From a candidate division WOR-3 bacterium (GTDB lineage: Bacteria > Hydrothermota > Hydrothermia > LBFQ01), in contig JBDRWW010000006.1 of assembly GCA_039802605.1 (NCBI GenBank), forward strand, positions 32,001-96,000: 64,000 nt of DNA, in the 5' to 3' direction. Positions 9,940 through 19,461 of this stretch are shown here, in pieces; the first letter of the stretch is position 1, and each line of letters starts with the position of its first letter. Below the pieces are notes generated by a model. It ran no database searches. It was not told the DNA's origin and was given only the letters and a program-made list of their open reading frames with translations. The translations under genes and the position numbers were made by a program.

Positions 9940-12231
9940 TCATTTCACCACCACAAACTTGCCCGTAGCTATTCCCCTTTCGGTCATCAATACTACAACA
10001 TACACACCCTCTTCCAAATCGCCAACATTCAAGGAATATTCCCATAAACCGGCGTTTTTTGTTCCCTTTACTGGTATTTCCCTTACAAGCGTACCAAAGG
10101 ATGTATATATCCTTAAAACCGGTTCGGTGGGGAACATAGCCTTTACCCTTAAAACCACCTTTCTATTTTTGGATTTTGAAACCGGATTTGGATATATCCT
10201 CTCAAAAAAGAGTTCCCTTTTATCCGTTTTAACCTCCAAGGGTTCGGAAAAGACCAAAGCGGCGGCATCCACAAGGCCATAACCGGTACAATAGTTGGGT
10301 TTAAAAGGGATATCCTCTAAGGGTTTTGCGGTTTCAAGGAGTTTGTTCCTGAGTTTTTCAAGTGTCCATGAGGGATGGGCTTCAAGGGCTAAGGCCAAAA
10401 CCCCGGCTGTTATGGGTGCCGCATAGGATGTTCCGGATGCGATTACGGTTCTATTAGAATCGTCCGCCGCCACGGCCTCAAAGGGTGCAACCACTTCGGG
10501 TTTAACCCTCCCATCCGAAGACGGACCACAGGCCGAATTGCTTGAAAGTACAACCTTCCCAGATGTGCTATCGTATATAACCCCTCCAACGGAAATTATG
10601 TCAAAAGCATCCGCGGGGGCGGTTAGCGTTGTATCCCCGACATTTGGGTCTACGCTTCTTGAAGAAACATTACCTATGGATATTACCGGCAATATGCCCC
10701 TTTTTAAGGCCTCAGATGTAGCCCTTGAAGATATTGCACTTTTCCCATCCATCATATCCTTTGTATATCCCAAATCAGAACCGTATCCCAAACTTGCGTT
10801 GATTATTTTAACCCCCTTTCTTGCCGCCCATTCCAAAGCGGCAACATAAAAATCTTCCTCCAACCTGTTCTCCCAATTTGTGGTGGTATCACTCCTGCTA
10901 ACCTTTTCGGTTTTCGCAAGGTAATATGTTGCACCCGGAGATATACCTATTAATGTCCCCTCAATATACCCCGCCATTACGGATAAAACCCTCGTGCCGT
11001 GATACCTACCGGTTCCGTACTTTGGAACCTCTGCCATTGTATCTCCCCTTTCCCTGAAAACGAGTTTGCCGTTTATAAACTTTGGTTTATCGCAAAATGT
11101 CCAACCCGTTCTCCGGATTTCCGAGCGGCTACTAACGGACATTATTGATATGTAATCCTCCCTTGGAACCGCAATGCTATCCCCGGATAAAGCGAAGTTT
11201 TCTAAAAACTTTACGGATGTTATGAAATTCCCATTAACGAATAAAGAATCGTTCCTTATGTATGCAAGCCTCCCGTTATCAATAACCGGATAAAATCCGA
11301 GGTTTTCAAACCTGAAAGATGAACCCTTAAAAACAAAGATGCTATCCCCATCGGAAAAGGCCAAACTGTCCCCATTCAAATACATTCCGCCAAATCCCCG
11401 GGAATATTTTGAGGCCGCGCAGTTTAAGGATGTTGAGAATTCGCAAAGTTTAACGCTATCGCCCGTATAAATGCCCAGTACAAAGTTTCCCGCAAATGTA
11501 TCGATGACCGCCGTATAACCCGGTGTAAGGTTTATAACCCTTTCAAATGTGTCCGTATATATCGCCCCGAGTTTTAAAAAGCCATAAGACGACCAAACCA
11601 AATAAACCGTATCGTTCCTCAAAGTTAAATCCGGATTTATCTCAAATCCCAAGGACAACCTCTTCAAACTCCAAGAGGTATTATACTTGGCCAGATATAG
11701 GTCCCACCTGTTTATGTTTGTCCCCGCAATGTCCCCCTCATCTATTCCCGAAAATACACAGTATACTTCCGCACCCCTATATATACAATCGTATGAGTGG
11801 ATGTAAAAGGCGTTATCGGTTGGTGTTGGCAAAGAACTCCCGTCAAAGTTTAACCTATCCCCACTGTTAAAGTCCATCTGGCCGCCAACTATTACCCCCC
11901 TAAGGGAATTGTGGTTCAGATCAAAACCCGTATCAAATATTCCAACCTTTACGCCGTTTCCTGTTAATCCCAATTTGTGGAGCGTATCCGCCCTTACGGT
12001 TTTCACCTGAAATTCCGATTCCCCATATTTATATTCCCTCACCCTTTCTTCCTTGTGGAGTTTAAACATTAAAACCTTACCCTTTGGAAAGCCTTTTAGT
12101 TTGGCATTATCGGGAATGAAAAAGGATCTATATCCCGTCCAGTAGGATTTTACCCTTTGGTATCCCCCGAAAACCTCCACATAATTAACGGAATTTGCAT
12201 TTACACTGAGCCAATATATGGGAAAACTCAT
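9940..12231 (-). CDS. S8 subtilisin-family serine peptidase with large internal insert and T9SS-type C-terminal domain
   Basis: GIFDTG (Asp), YHGT (His), GTSYAAP (Ser). C-terminal IYPNP...GVYVVVL...KFVVVK. Confidence 0.88.
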   Translation of the reverse strand: MSFPIYWLSVNANSVNYVEVFGGYQRVKSYWTGYRSFFIPDNAKLKGFPKGKVLMFKLHKEERVREYKYGESEFQVKTVRADTLHKLGLTGNGVKVGIFDTGFDLNHNSLRGVIVGGQMDFNSGDRLNFDGSSLPTPTDNAFYIHSYDCIYRGAEVYCVFSGIDEGDIAGTNINRWDLYLAKYNTSWSLKRLSLGFEINPDLTLRNDTVYLVWSSYGFLKLGAIYTDTFERVINLTPGYTAVIDTFAGNFVLGIYTGDSVKLCEFSTSLNCAASKYSRGFGGMYLNGDSLAFSDGDSIFVFKGSSFRFENLGFYPVIDNGRLAYIRNDSLFVNGNFITSVKFLENFALSGDSIAVPREDYISIMSVSSRSEIRRTGWTFCDKPKFINGKLVFRERGDTMAEVPKYGTGRYHGTRVLSVMAGYIEGTLIGISPGATYYLAKTEKVSRSDTTTNWENRLEEDFYVAALEWAARKGVKIINASLGYGSDLGYTKDMMDGKSAISSRATSEALKRGILPVISIGNVSSRSVDPNVGDTTLTAPADAFDIISVGGVIYDSTSGKVVLSSNSACGPSSDGRVKPEVVAPFEAVAADDSNRTVIASGTSYAAPITAGVLALALEAHPSWTLEKLRNKLLETAKPLEDIPFKPNYCTGYGLVDAAALVFSEPLEVKTDKRELFFERIYPNPVSKSKNRKVVLRVKAMFPTEPVLRIYTSFGTLVREIPVKGTKNAGLWEYSLNVGDLEEGVYVVVLMTERGIATGKFVVVK

Positions 12232-13187
12232 AAAACCTCCCCCAATATAAATGCCCCTTTAAACCTGTGTAAGATTTCATCAACCCGTTTTCTCGGAACT
12301 ATGAAGGCAAAACCCACACCCATATTGAAAACCCTCTTTGCTTCATCTTCCGGAATATTACCCATCCTTATAAAGGCCTTCATGTACTCCGGTGTAGGAA
12401 TGTTTTCCCAGTATATTTTTGCCTTGTTCCCTTCAAGTGCCCTGGGAAGGTTTTCGGGTATCCCGCCGCCGGTTATATGCGCCCCCCTTTTAGCCCCAAA
12501 CTTTAAAAACATTTCCTTACCCTCTTTGTGGTATAACCTCGTAGGCGTTAAGAGTATATCAATAAGGGGTTTTTGGGGATGGATTTCCGGATAAACCTTA
12601 AAAGGGTCCAACCCCTTTTCCTCTAAAACCTTCCTTATAAGGGAATAACCGTTTGAATGGAAACCGGATGATGGGAAACCTATTATTGCATCACCACTCT
12701 TTACCCTTTGGAACCTCTTTTTTAAGGGAACCCCTACGCCAAATCCGGCAATGTCAAATGTATCCTTTACTATTATACCGGGAAGCTCCGCGGTTTCACC
12801 CCCAACCAGTTTTGCCCCAATTTTCTTGCAAGATTCAATAACATCCGATAAAACCTCTTTTGCAACTTCTCCCTTTAAGGGAAAGGTGGCGTAGTAGTCC
12901 AAGAAATAAACCATTCTTCCACCATCGGCCAAAATATCGTTTGAAACCATAGCCACCAGATCCTGCCCCAAACCCTTAAACCTCCCAGCCTTTAAATAGA
13001 GCAAGATTTTCGTACCAACACCATCCGCTGAAAGCAAAACCGTACTATTACCCACTTTAACCTTTACGGAAAAGGAGCCTATTTGTTTATTCTTTCCTTT
13101 TAACCACCCTACTAACCTTTCCGCCTCTTTAATTGAAACCCCTGCATCCTCGTATGTTATACATCTATTATCACCGATGCCCTCCAT
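12228..13187 (-). CDS. purM: phosphoribosylformylglycinamidine cyclo-ligase
   Basis: TYEDAGV, DGVGTK, GGETAELPG, SSGFHSNGYSL, HITGGG, FNMGVG. Confidence 0.95.
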   Translation of the reverse strand: MEGIGDNRCITYEDAGVSIKEAERLVGWLKGKNKQIGSFSVKVKVGNSTVLLSADGVGTKILLYLKAGRFKGLGQDLVAMVSNDILADGGRMVYFLDYYATFPLKGEVAKEVLSDVIESCKKIGAKLVGGETAELPGIIVKDTFDIAGFGVGVPLKKRFQRVKSGDAIIGFPSSGFHSNGYSLIRKVLEEKGLDPFKVYPEIHPQKPLIDILLTPTRLYHKEGKEMFLKFGAKRGAHITGGGIPENLPRALEGNKAKIYWENIPTPEYMKAFIRMGNIPEDEAKRVFNMGVGFAFIVPRKRVDEILHRFKGAFILGEVL

Positions 13188-13582
13188 ATGCCCCTTTCCC
13201 TCTCAACATGGAGTTTGTGCCGGGTTACCCCTTTAAGTGCCTTCTTTATGGTATGTTTGTTTGGATCAAAGGGCTCTCCCCCGATTGTGGCGTCAAGCTT
13301 AAACTTGTCATCCTCAAAGTTTATATTAACCTTGAACTGCCTGTATATCATCTTTGAGGTCTCAAACTCGTAAAGTAAATGCGAGAGCCATTTGTGTAAT
13401 AAATCTTCAAGGTCTTCCCCTTCAAGATGCACCTTTTTCTCCTCCAAAATCTTTATACCGTATAGACTTCCAAGCATTTCCCTAAACATAGCCCTCGCGC
13501 ACTCAATAAAAAGTTTTGCCAAATCCATTGAACTAACCTCAAAACCTATTTCCGATGTATGTGAAATCGGTTTATATGCCAT
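13157..13582 (-). CDS. archease (SHS2 domain)
   Basis: YKPISHTSEIG, LLHKWLSHLLY, LKGVTRHKL, C-terminal IIDV. SD AGGAGG before ATG 13582. Confidence 0.85.
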   Translation of the reverse strand: MAYKPISHTSEIGFEVSSMDLAKLFIECARAMFREMLGSLYGIKILEEKKVHLEGEDLEDLLHKWLSHLLYEFETSKMIYRQFKVNINFEDDKFKLDATIGGEPFDPNKHTIKKALKGVTRHKLHVERERGIWRASVIIDV

Positions 13583-13598
13583 AATGCACCTCCTTTTT

Positions 13599-15233
13599 TT
13601 ATTTATTTTCTTCCGCAAACTTATGCGCAACGCAATCGCACTCTATTATAGGCTTAAATGTGCTTTGAACGGTTATAGTTAGGTTTTCACTACCACAACC
13701 CGAGTTCGTAAATGTTGTCGTAACCGTCATGGTGGCGGAGAATGGTTTAAAAGACAAAATCGTTTCATTTCCACCCCTGAAAACAAGCGGATCGTTTATA
13801 TACACCGGTACATCCGAAAACCTAACCCTATCTCCTCCGACAACCCTCATACCCAATAGGTCAAATATTGTATTCTCACTGCCCACGCTACTTACCATTA
13901 CACCTCCGTTTATGTAATATCTGAGCGTTACATCCTGGGTTTTACCCACGGAGTATGCGGCCATAAATACGGTATCAATTGAAGGGTCCTTTAGGTTCCA
14001 CGGATCCAAAACCCCGCAGTCGCTATATTTTGCTGATACAACCTTACCCTTATCCGTTTGCCCAATTTTCTTGTTTTTTAGAAAGTTATCCGAAACGAAC
14101 AAAACATCCTCTCCTGATAATCCGAATGTTTGGGCAAATTTGGAATTAAAGTCTATGAAATTCCTACAAGCAAACTTTGAATGCAAGATGTAATTCAATT
14201 CGTACTTAACATTGCTGTGCTCCGATGATACGCTTACCGTTGAGGAAACGTTCCAAGCATAAGGTGCCTTAACCTTAAAGGCCGTTTTGCCCGATGACAA
14301 TGTGGGTTTTACACCCGGTAAAATCTTGTTATCCCTTGGACATACCGCCGCAACCTCAAAGGATACATCTATCGGGTTTTGCTGGTTGAAAACATTGCAA
14401 TCCGGGGGTTGGTATAGAACAACGGGGTTTTCTCCCCTTATAATGTACCAACCATCGCCAATATTTTCGCCACTCGTTATCCTCCCCTTTGAGTTTCCGC
14501 TTAAACGAACGGCCACCCCGGCCTTTTTATCGAGTATATCAAACAAACTTTTTCCCTCGGAGTTATTCATTGATGAAAACCTTATGGCCACAAACCTATC
14601 TTGAGAAATGTCGGCCTCATCAACCACTTGAACCGAATACATTATCATGGTTTCCTTTGTGGCTATCCTCGTAAGGATTGATCCCATTTTTTCCGCTAAT
14701 TTGTTCGTTATCAAAACTATTGATTGCAACACATCCTTTACGGCCGTTGATGGTATCCTGTAAGAAAATGTCTCATACACGGTTTCGCTTTCAAGGTTTA
14801 TAAGCCAAATCTTACCCACCAAGCCATATGAATCTTCACCTATAAGTATATCAACCAGATAGGGAACGCTCCCATATGCCGTATCGTCTTTGTGTAAGGC
14901 CGCGGTTAGCGAATCGTTTATGAGTTTTGAAAATGTTCCAAAAGGGGTTTCCGTCCAACCCGAACCCACTATTTTTATAGAATTACCATCAACACCCGTG
15001 AAATACTCTTGCGCCTTTTTTATTATCACGGGTAAGTATGTGGTTAAATTTCCGCGAAAGTTTTGGCTATACTTACCTGCGGGGTTTACCGCTATTCTCG
15101 CCTTTAAATACACTTCCGGAGGAGAGCATACCGAGTAAGGTAGTTTTTTGGTTGTGGTGCTCTCCTTACTTTTTTGGGCGTATGTGGGGGATACGAGAAA
15201 AGGCAATAAAATAAAAGGAAAAACCCGTTTCAT
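13599..15233 (-). CDS. secreted hypothetical protein
   Basis: Signal peptide MKRVFPFILLPFLVSPTYA. 544 aa, beta-rich, several Cys. Confidence 0.75.
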   Translation of the reverse strand: MKRVFPFILLPFLVSPTYAQKSKESTTTKKLPYSVCSPPEVYLKARIAVNPAGKYSQNFRGNLTTYLPVIIKKAQEYFTGVDGNSIKIVGSGWTETPFGTFSKLINDSLTAALHKDDTAYGSVPYLVDILIGEDSYGLVGKIWLINLESETVYETFSYRIPSTAVKDVLQSIVLITNKLAEKMGSILTRIATKETMIMYSVQVVDEADISQDRFVAIRFSSMNNSEGKSLFDILDKKAGVAVRLSGNSKGRITSGENIGDGWYIIRGENPVVLYQPPDCNVFNQQNPIDVSFEVAAVCPRDNKILPGVKPTLSSGKTAFKVKAPYAWNVSSTVSVSSEHSNVKYELNYILHSKFACRNFIDFNSKFAQTFGLSGEDVLFVSDNFLKNKKIGQTDKGKVVSAKYSDCGVLDPWNLKDPSIDTVFMAAYSVGKTQDVTLRYYINGGVMVSSVGSENTIFDLLGMRVVGGDRVRFSDVPVYINDPLVFRGGNETILSFKPFSATMTVTTTFTNSGCGSENLTITVQSTFKPIIECDCVAHKFAEENK

Positions 15234-15299
15234 TGCGGGAATTATAAGGCTGAAAGATTTTATAAAATTTAAAACAAAACGGGCATATAATCCCCGCTT

Positions 15300-17381
15300 A
15301 TGAAAAGGCTCCTTGTAAGTTTAGGCGTTTTAGGTATTATTTCCTGCGCTGGAAAATTCGTAGAGGAAGGGTATTTGCAAAATGAAAGTTTGGTGAAGGG
15401 ACTGTTTCAGGAACTCAAAGGGGATTATAGCGGTTCAATAAACACCTTCCGGTCCTCGGGTGACAAATATTGGGGAAACCTATTAACGGCGGATGTTTAT
15501 CTTTACAGGTTTAGGGATTACGCAAAGGCGAAGGAATTTGTGGATAAAGTTAAAGTTAAGGAAAAGTCCCCAGCAGCACAGGAAGTATTGTACAGAAAGG
15601 CTTTGCTTCTTGAACTTTTGGGTAATTACGCCGAGGCGGGGAAGTTATACGAATTTTTGGCGGTTAATTTTCCAAACGGAAAGTATTTTGAAGACGCCTC
15701 ACAGGCGGTTGAGGAGATGTTTAGGAGGAATTTTCCGGATACAGTTGCGGTATTTGACGGGGGATATATAACTTCCATGATGGTGGATTACGCAATAGAA
15801 CAGATACCACCTTTTAACAGAAACCAATTTGATACACCCGAAGGTAGGAAGCAGATAGCGGAAAGGCTTGCGATAGAGGTTGTAGCCCTCAAAGAGGCGG
15901 AAAAGTTGAAGCTTGATACCGCACAAAAGGTTAAGGAAAAAATTGAAATTGATAGGATAAACGCTTTAAGACAGGCCTATTACCAGTACGCCATAAAGGC
16001 TAAGGCAACCGCTACGGAGAAAGAACTTTTGGCTTATTATAACGAACACAAATCGGAATACAGGGTTCCGGCAAGGGTTGAGTTGAGTAGGGTTATACTA
16101 AAAGATAGTGCAAAGGCCTATGAGGTTTATAACTTGGTAAAATCCGGCCAAAAAATAGACTCTTTGGCCAAGGAATTGTCAGTTGATAAATATGAGGGTC
16201 AAAGGGGAGGGAAAATAACTATTTATGACACATACGAGGCTTACAAGGATCTGTTTAACGAGGCCTACCAAAAGGACACGGGAAGCGTTTTTGTGTATAA
16301 GAAGGATACGCTTTGGATGGTTATAAGGGTTGATGAAAAGGAAGCGGATAGGATAAGGTCCTTTGACGAGGTTAAAACCATAGTTAAAGGTGCCGTTGAA
16401 GGGCAGAAGGAAAAGGATTTATTTGAAAAGGAAAAGCAGAGGTTAAGGGAATTTTACGGGGTAAATATTTTTATTAAACCCGATACCGCGGAAAAGTCTA
16501 AGTTTGAAGAGGAAAGGGGATATGAAGAAGAGGCGGGGGTTTTAACAGAGGAGGAGAAAAATGCCCTTGAAAAACTTCCCGATACCATGGCCATAATAAC
16601 AAAACTCAACAGGGTAATAACAAAGGAAGATTTTATCGATAGGCTCAACAAAATGCCCCGTAGGTATAGGTCTTATTATCTAACAAATAAAGGGGCATAC
16701 CAACTCTTAAACGATGTCATGATCCAAGAAATACTTGAAACATCCGAGGCTGAGTTTAGAAGGTATTACCTGCACTACCCGATATTCAAGAGGTTGTGGG
16801 AATCTTATAGGGATGCCATGTTGTTGCAGCTATACGATGTTTTGGTTAAAAACAATGTATCCGTTTCCGATGAAGAGGTTAAGGAGTATTATGAGAAGAA
16901 CAGGGATAAGGAGTTTAAAGACCCGGCGAGGATAAGGGTTCAAAGGATAGTGGTTCCGACGAAAGATTCGGCTTTAAAGGTTTTAAGAAGGGTAAGAGGT
17001 ATTAAAAATGATAAACAACTTAGGGAATTCGTTCAAAAGGTATCTATTTACACCGGTGAGGCCTCGGCGGGTGGTTTTGCTTTTATAACCGAAGATAGGG
17101 AACCCGATTTCTTCAAGGAGGCTTGGAAAAAACCCCTAAAAATGTGGTATATAGGAAAGCTTAACGACGGGAATTGGGCGGTATATAGGGTTTTTGAGAA
17201 AACAAAGGAAAGCGTTAAGCCTTTTGAAGATGTTGAGGCTTATATAAAAGACAGGTTGAGGTACGAGAAGGAAAAGAAGTTATACGAAAGCGTTTTGGAA
17301 GATTTGAAGAAGAAGTATAACATTTTGGTGTTTGAGGAAAAGTTTAAGAAAGCGGAAGGGGAAGAAAAAGGCGAAAAATGA
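15300..17381 (+). CDS. TPR + PrsA/SurA-like parvulin foldase lipoprotein
   Basis: IIS-C lipobox, TPR-like segment, two modules of the type E(L/V)xxYYxx(H/N)xxE(Y/F)xxPAR...(R/K)xF(D/E)(E/D)V. Confidence 0.82.
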   Translation: MKRLLVSLGVLGIISCAGKFVEEGYLQNESLVKGLFQELKGDYSGSINTFRSSGDKYWGNLLTADVYLYRFRDYAKAKEFVDKVKVKEKSPAAQEVLYRKALLLELLGNYAEAGKLYEFLAVNFPNGKYFEDASQAVEEMFRRNFPDTVAVFDGGYITSMMVDYAIEQIPPFNRNQFDTPEGRKQIAERLAIEVVALKEAEKLKLDTAQKVKEKIEIDRINALRQAYYQYAIKAKATATEKELLAYYNEHKSEYRVPARVELSRVILKDSAKAYEVYNLVKSGQKIDSLAKELSVDKYEGQRGGKITIYDTYEAYKDLFNEAYQKDTGSVFVYKKDTLWMVIRVDEKEADRIRSFDEVKTIVKGAVEGQKEKDLFEKEKQRLREFYGVNIFIKPDTAEKSKFEEERGYEEEAGVLTEEEKNALEKLPDTMAIITKLNRVITKEDFIDRLNKMPRRYRSYYLTNKGAYQLLNDVMIQEILETSEAEFRRYYLHYPIFKRLWESYRDAMLLQLYDVLVKNNVSVSDEEVKEYYEKNRDKEFKDPARIRVQRIVVPTKDSALKVLRRVRGIKNDKQLREFVQKVSIYTGEASAGGFAFITEDREPDFFKEAWKKPLKMWYIGKLNDGNWAVYRVFEKTKESVKPFEDVEAYIKDRLRYEKEKKLYESVLEDLKKKYNILVFEEKFKKAEGEEKGEK

Positions 17382-18334
17382 CGGAGGATCGGATAATAGA
17401 GGAACTCGTATCACCTTATAGGGAATATGGTCCAAGGGTTGTAGTGGGTGTTGGGGATGATTGTGCCGTAATAAGGGAGAATGTGGCAAAAGAACTTTTA
17501 ATAACCGTTGATAGTGTGGTTGAAGGTGTTCATTTCACATTCTCCCTTTTGAGGCCGAAAGAAATAGGGCATAGGGGTTTAACGGCGGCTTTGTCCGATA
17601 TAGCCGCTATGGGTGGGGAACCTTTGGGTGTTCTGATAAACGCCCAGGTTCCGCAAGACGGTGTTGAGAAGCTCAAAGAGATTTATAGGGGGTTTAACCA
17701 CCTTTTGAAGGAGTATTGCGTAGATCTCCTAGGGGGTAATATTACCAAAGGGGAAAATTTTGCCTTGACATTTACGGTTTTGGGTGAGGTTAGTAGGGGA
17801 AAGGCTTGGAGGAGGGACGGGGCTCGGGATGGGGATTTGGTTTTTATAACGGGTGATGTGGGTAGGGTTAAATCCTTTCTAATGCTTGAAAAGTTGAACG
17901 CAAAGGGTTATGAGTGGTGGTTTAGGGAAACCAGGTTAAAATTTGCCAACCCGGAACCCAAGTTGAAGGAGGTTATGAGAATAAAATCCGAAGGGATAGA
18001 GGTTCATTCCGCAATTGATATATCCGACGGTTTGGCCATTGACCTTTGGAGGTTGGCTAGATCCTCAGAAGTTAGTATATTTATTGATTTGAACGCAATT
18101 CCCATTAAGGATTCCGTTAGGTATGTTGCGGAAAATCTGAAAAAAGACCCCTATGAGGTGGCGCTTTCAAGCGGGGAGGAATACGAACTCGTTCTAACCG
18201 TTCCAAAGGAATACGGCAAAATTATGGAAGACTTGAAGTTTATACAGATAGGTGAGGTGAAACTCGGTGAGGTTGGTGTTTTTGATACATCCGGAAACAG
18301 GATTCAGCCCTTGGGTTGGCAACACTTTAAGTGA
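17378..18334 (+). CDS. thiL: thiamine-monophosphate kinase
   Basis: GVGDDCAV, EGVHF, LSDIAAMGG, IDISDGL, SGEEYEL, GWQHF. Confidence 0.94.
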   Translation: MTEDRIIEELVSPYREYGPRVVVGVGDDCAVIRENVAKELLITVDSVVEGVHFTFSLLRPKEIGHRGLTAALSDIAAMGGEPLGVLINAQVPQDGVEKLKEIYRGFNHLLKEYCVDLLGGNITKGENFALTFTVLGEVSRGKAWRRDGARDGDLVFITGDVGRVKSFLMLEKLNAKGYEWWFRETRLKFANPEPKLKEVMRIKSEGIEVHSAIDISDGLAIDLWRLARSSEVSIFIDLNAIPIKDSVRYVAENLKKDPYEVALSSGEEYELVLTVPKEYGKIMEDLKFIQIGEVKLGEVGVFDTSGNRIQPLGWQHFK

Positions 18335-19461
18335 TGGATAAAATACCCATTTTTGAACTAAACTGGGATGGGGATGAGGAAAGGGAGGTTTTAGAGGTAT
18401 TAAAGAGTAAGTGGGTTTCAATGGGTCCTAAAACCGAGGAATATGAGCGGGATTTGTCAAGGTTTTACGGTGTTAAATATGCCCTCGCTTTTAACAACGG
18501 AACATCTGCCCTTTTATCCGCATATTACTCCTTGGGTTTAAAGGGAGAGGTCGTTTTACCCTCCTTAACATTCGTCGCTACGGCAAACGCCTTAAGGTTC
18601 CTCGGAATAAAGCCCATTTTTGCGGATATACATTCCTTGGAAATCCCTTTAATCTCTGCGGAAACGGTTGAGAGGGTTTTAAATCCAAATGTTTGCGCCG
18701 TCGTATATGTTAATTATGCCGGTTATTCGCTTTTTATCGATGAGATTAAAGATTTATGCGATAGAAAGGGGTTAATACTCGTAGAGGACGCCTCGCATGC
18801 CCATGGGGCGGTTTATAAAGATAGATTTGCGGGGACATGGGGAAATGTGGGCGTTTTTAGTACCTTTGCAAATAAGAACCTATCAACGGGTGAAGGTGGG
18901 TACCTTTTAACGGACGACGGGGAACTATACAGAAGGGCAAAACTTTTTAGATCTCATGGATTAACATCATCCTCTTGGGAGAGGTTTAAAGAGGGTAAAA
19001 ACAGGATTTACGATGTCGTTGATATTGGATTAAATTTAAGACCTTCCGAAATACAATCCGCAATAGGTTTGGCAAATTTGAGGAAACTCAAAAGAGAAAA
19101 CGAAAAGAGGCGGAATCTCGTCTCCCTTTATAGGAAGCTTATAAGGGAGGAAATACCCGATATAACCATACCCTTTGAAAACATACCCGTTGAAGGATCT
19201 TCCCATTACATATTCCCGATACTTTTACCCAAGGGCGTCAATAGGGATAAAATTGCGGAGAAATTGGCGGATATAGGTATAGGGACGAGTGTGCATTATC
19301 CCCCCGTACATAGGTTTTCCTTTTATTATGAGGGTCAAAAACTTGAAAAAACGGAAGAGTATTCGGAAAGGACATTAACATTGCCCCTATGGGGGGATAT
19401 GGGTGAGGAGAGGGTTTATAGGGTAGTTGAGGGTTTAAAGAAATGCCTATATTCGCAATAG
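18334..19461 (+). CDS. DegT/DnrJ/EryC1/StrS PLP aminotransferase
   Basis: NGTSAL, PSLTFVATANA, EDASHAHG, STFANKNLSTGEGG. Confidence 0.92.
   Translation: MDKIPIFELNWDGDEEREVLEVLKSKWVSMGPKTEEYERDLSRFYGVKYALAFNNGTSALLSAYYSLGLKGEVVLPSLTFVATANALRFLGIKPIFADIHSLEIPLISAETVERVLNPNVCAVVYVNYAGYSLFIDEIKDLCDRKGLILVEDASHAHGAVYKDRFAGTWGNVGVFSTFANKNLSTGEGGYLLTDDGELYRRAKLFRSHGLTSSSWERFKEGKNRIYDVVDIGLNLRPSEIQSAIGLANLRKLKRENEKRRNLVSLYRKLIREEIPDITIPFENIPVEGSSHYIFPILLPKGVNRDKIAEKLADIGIGTSVHYPPVHRFSFYYEGQKLEKTEEYSERTLTLPLWGDMGEERVYRVVEGLKKCLYSQ

Noticed and set aside
19416..19461. Convergent gene overlaps (also 49216-49245) as antisense regulation
   Set aside because: Adequately explained by general genome compaction.
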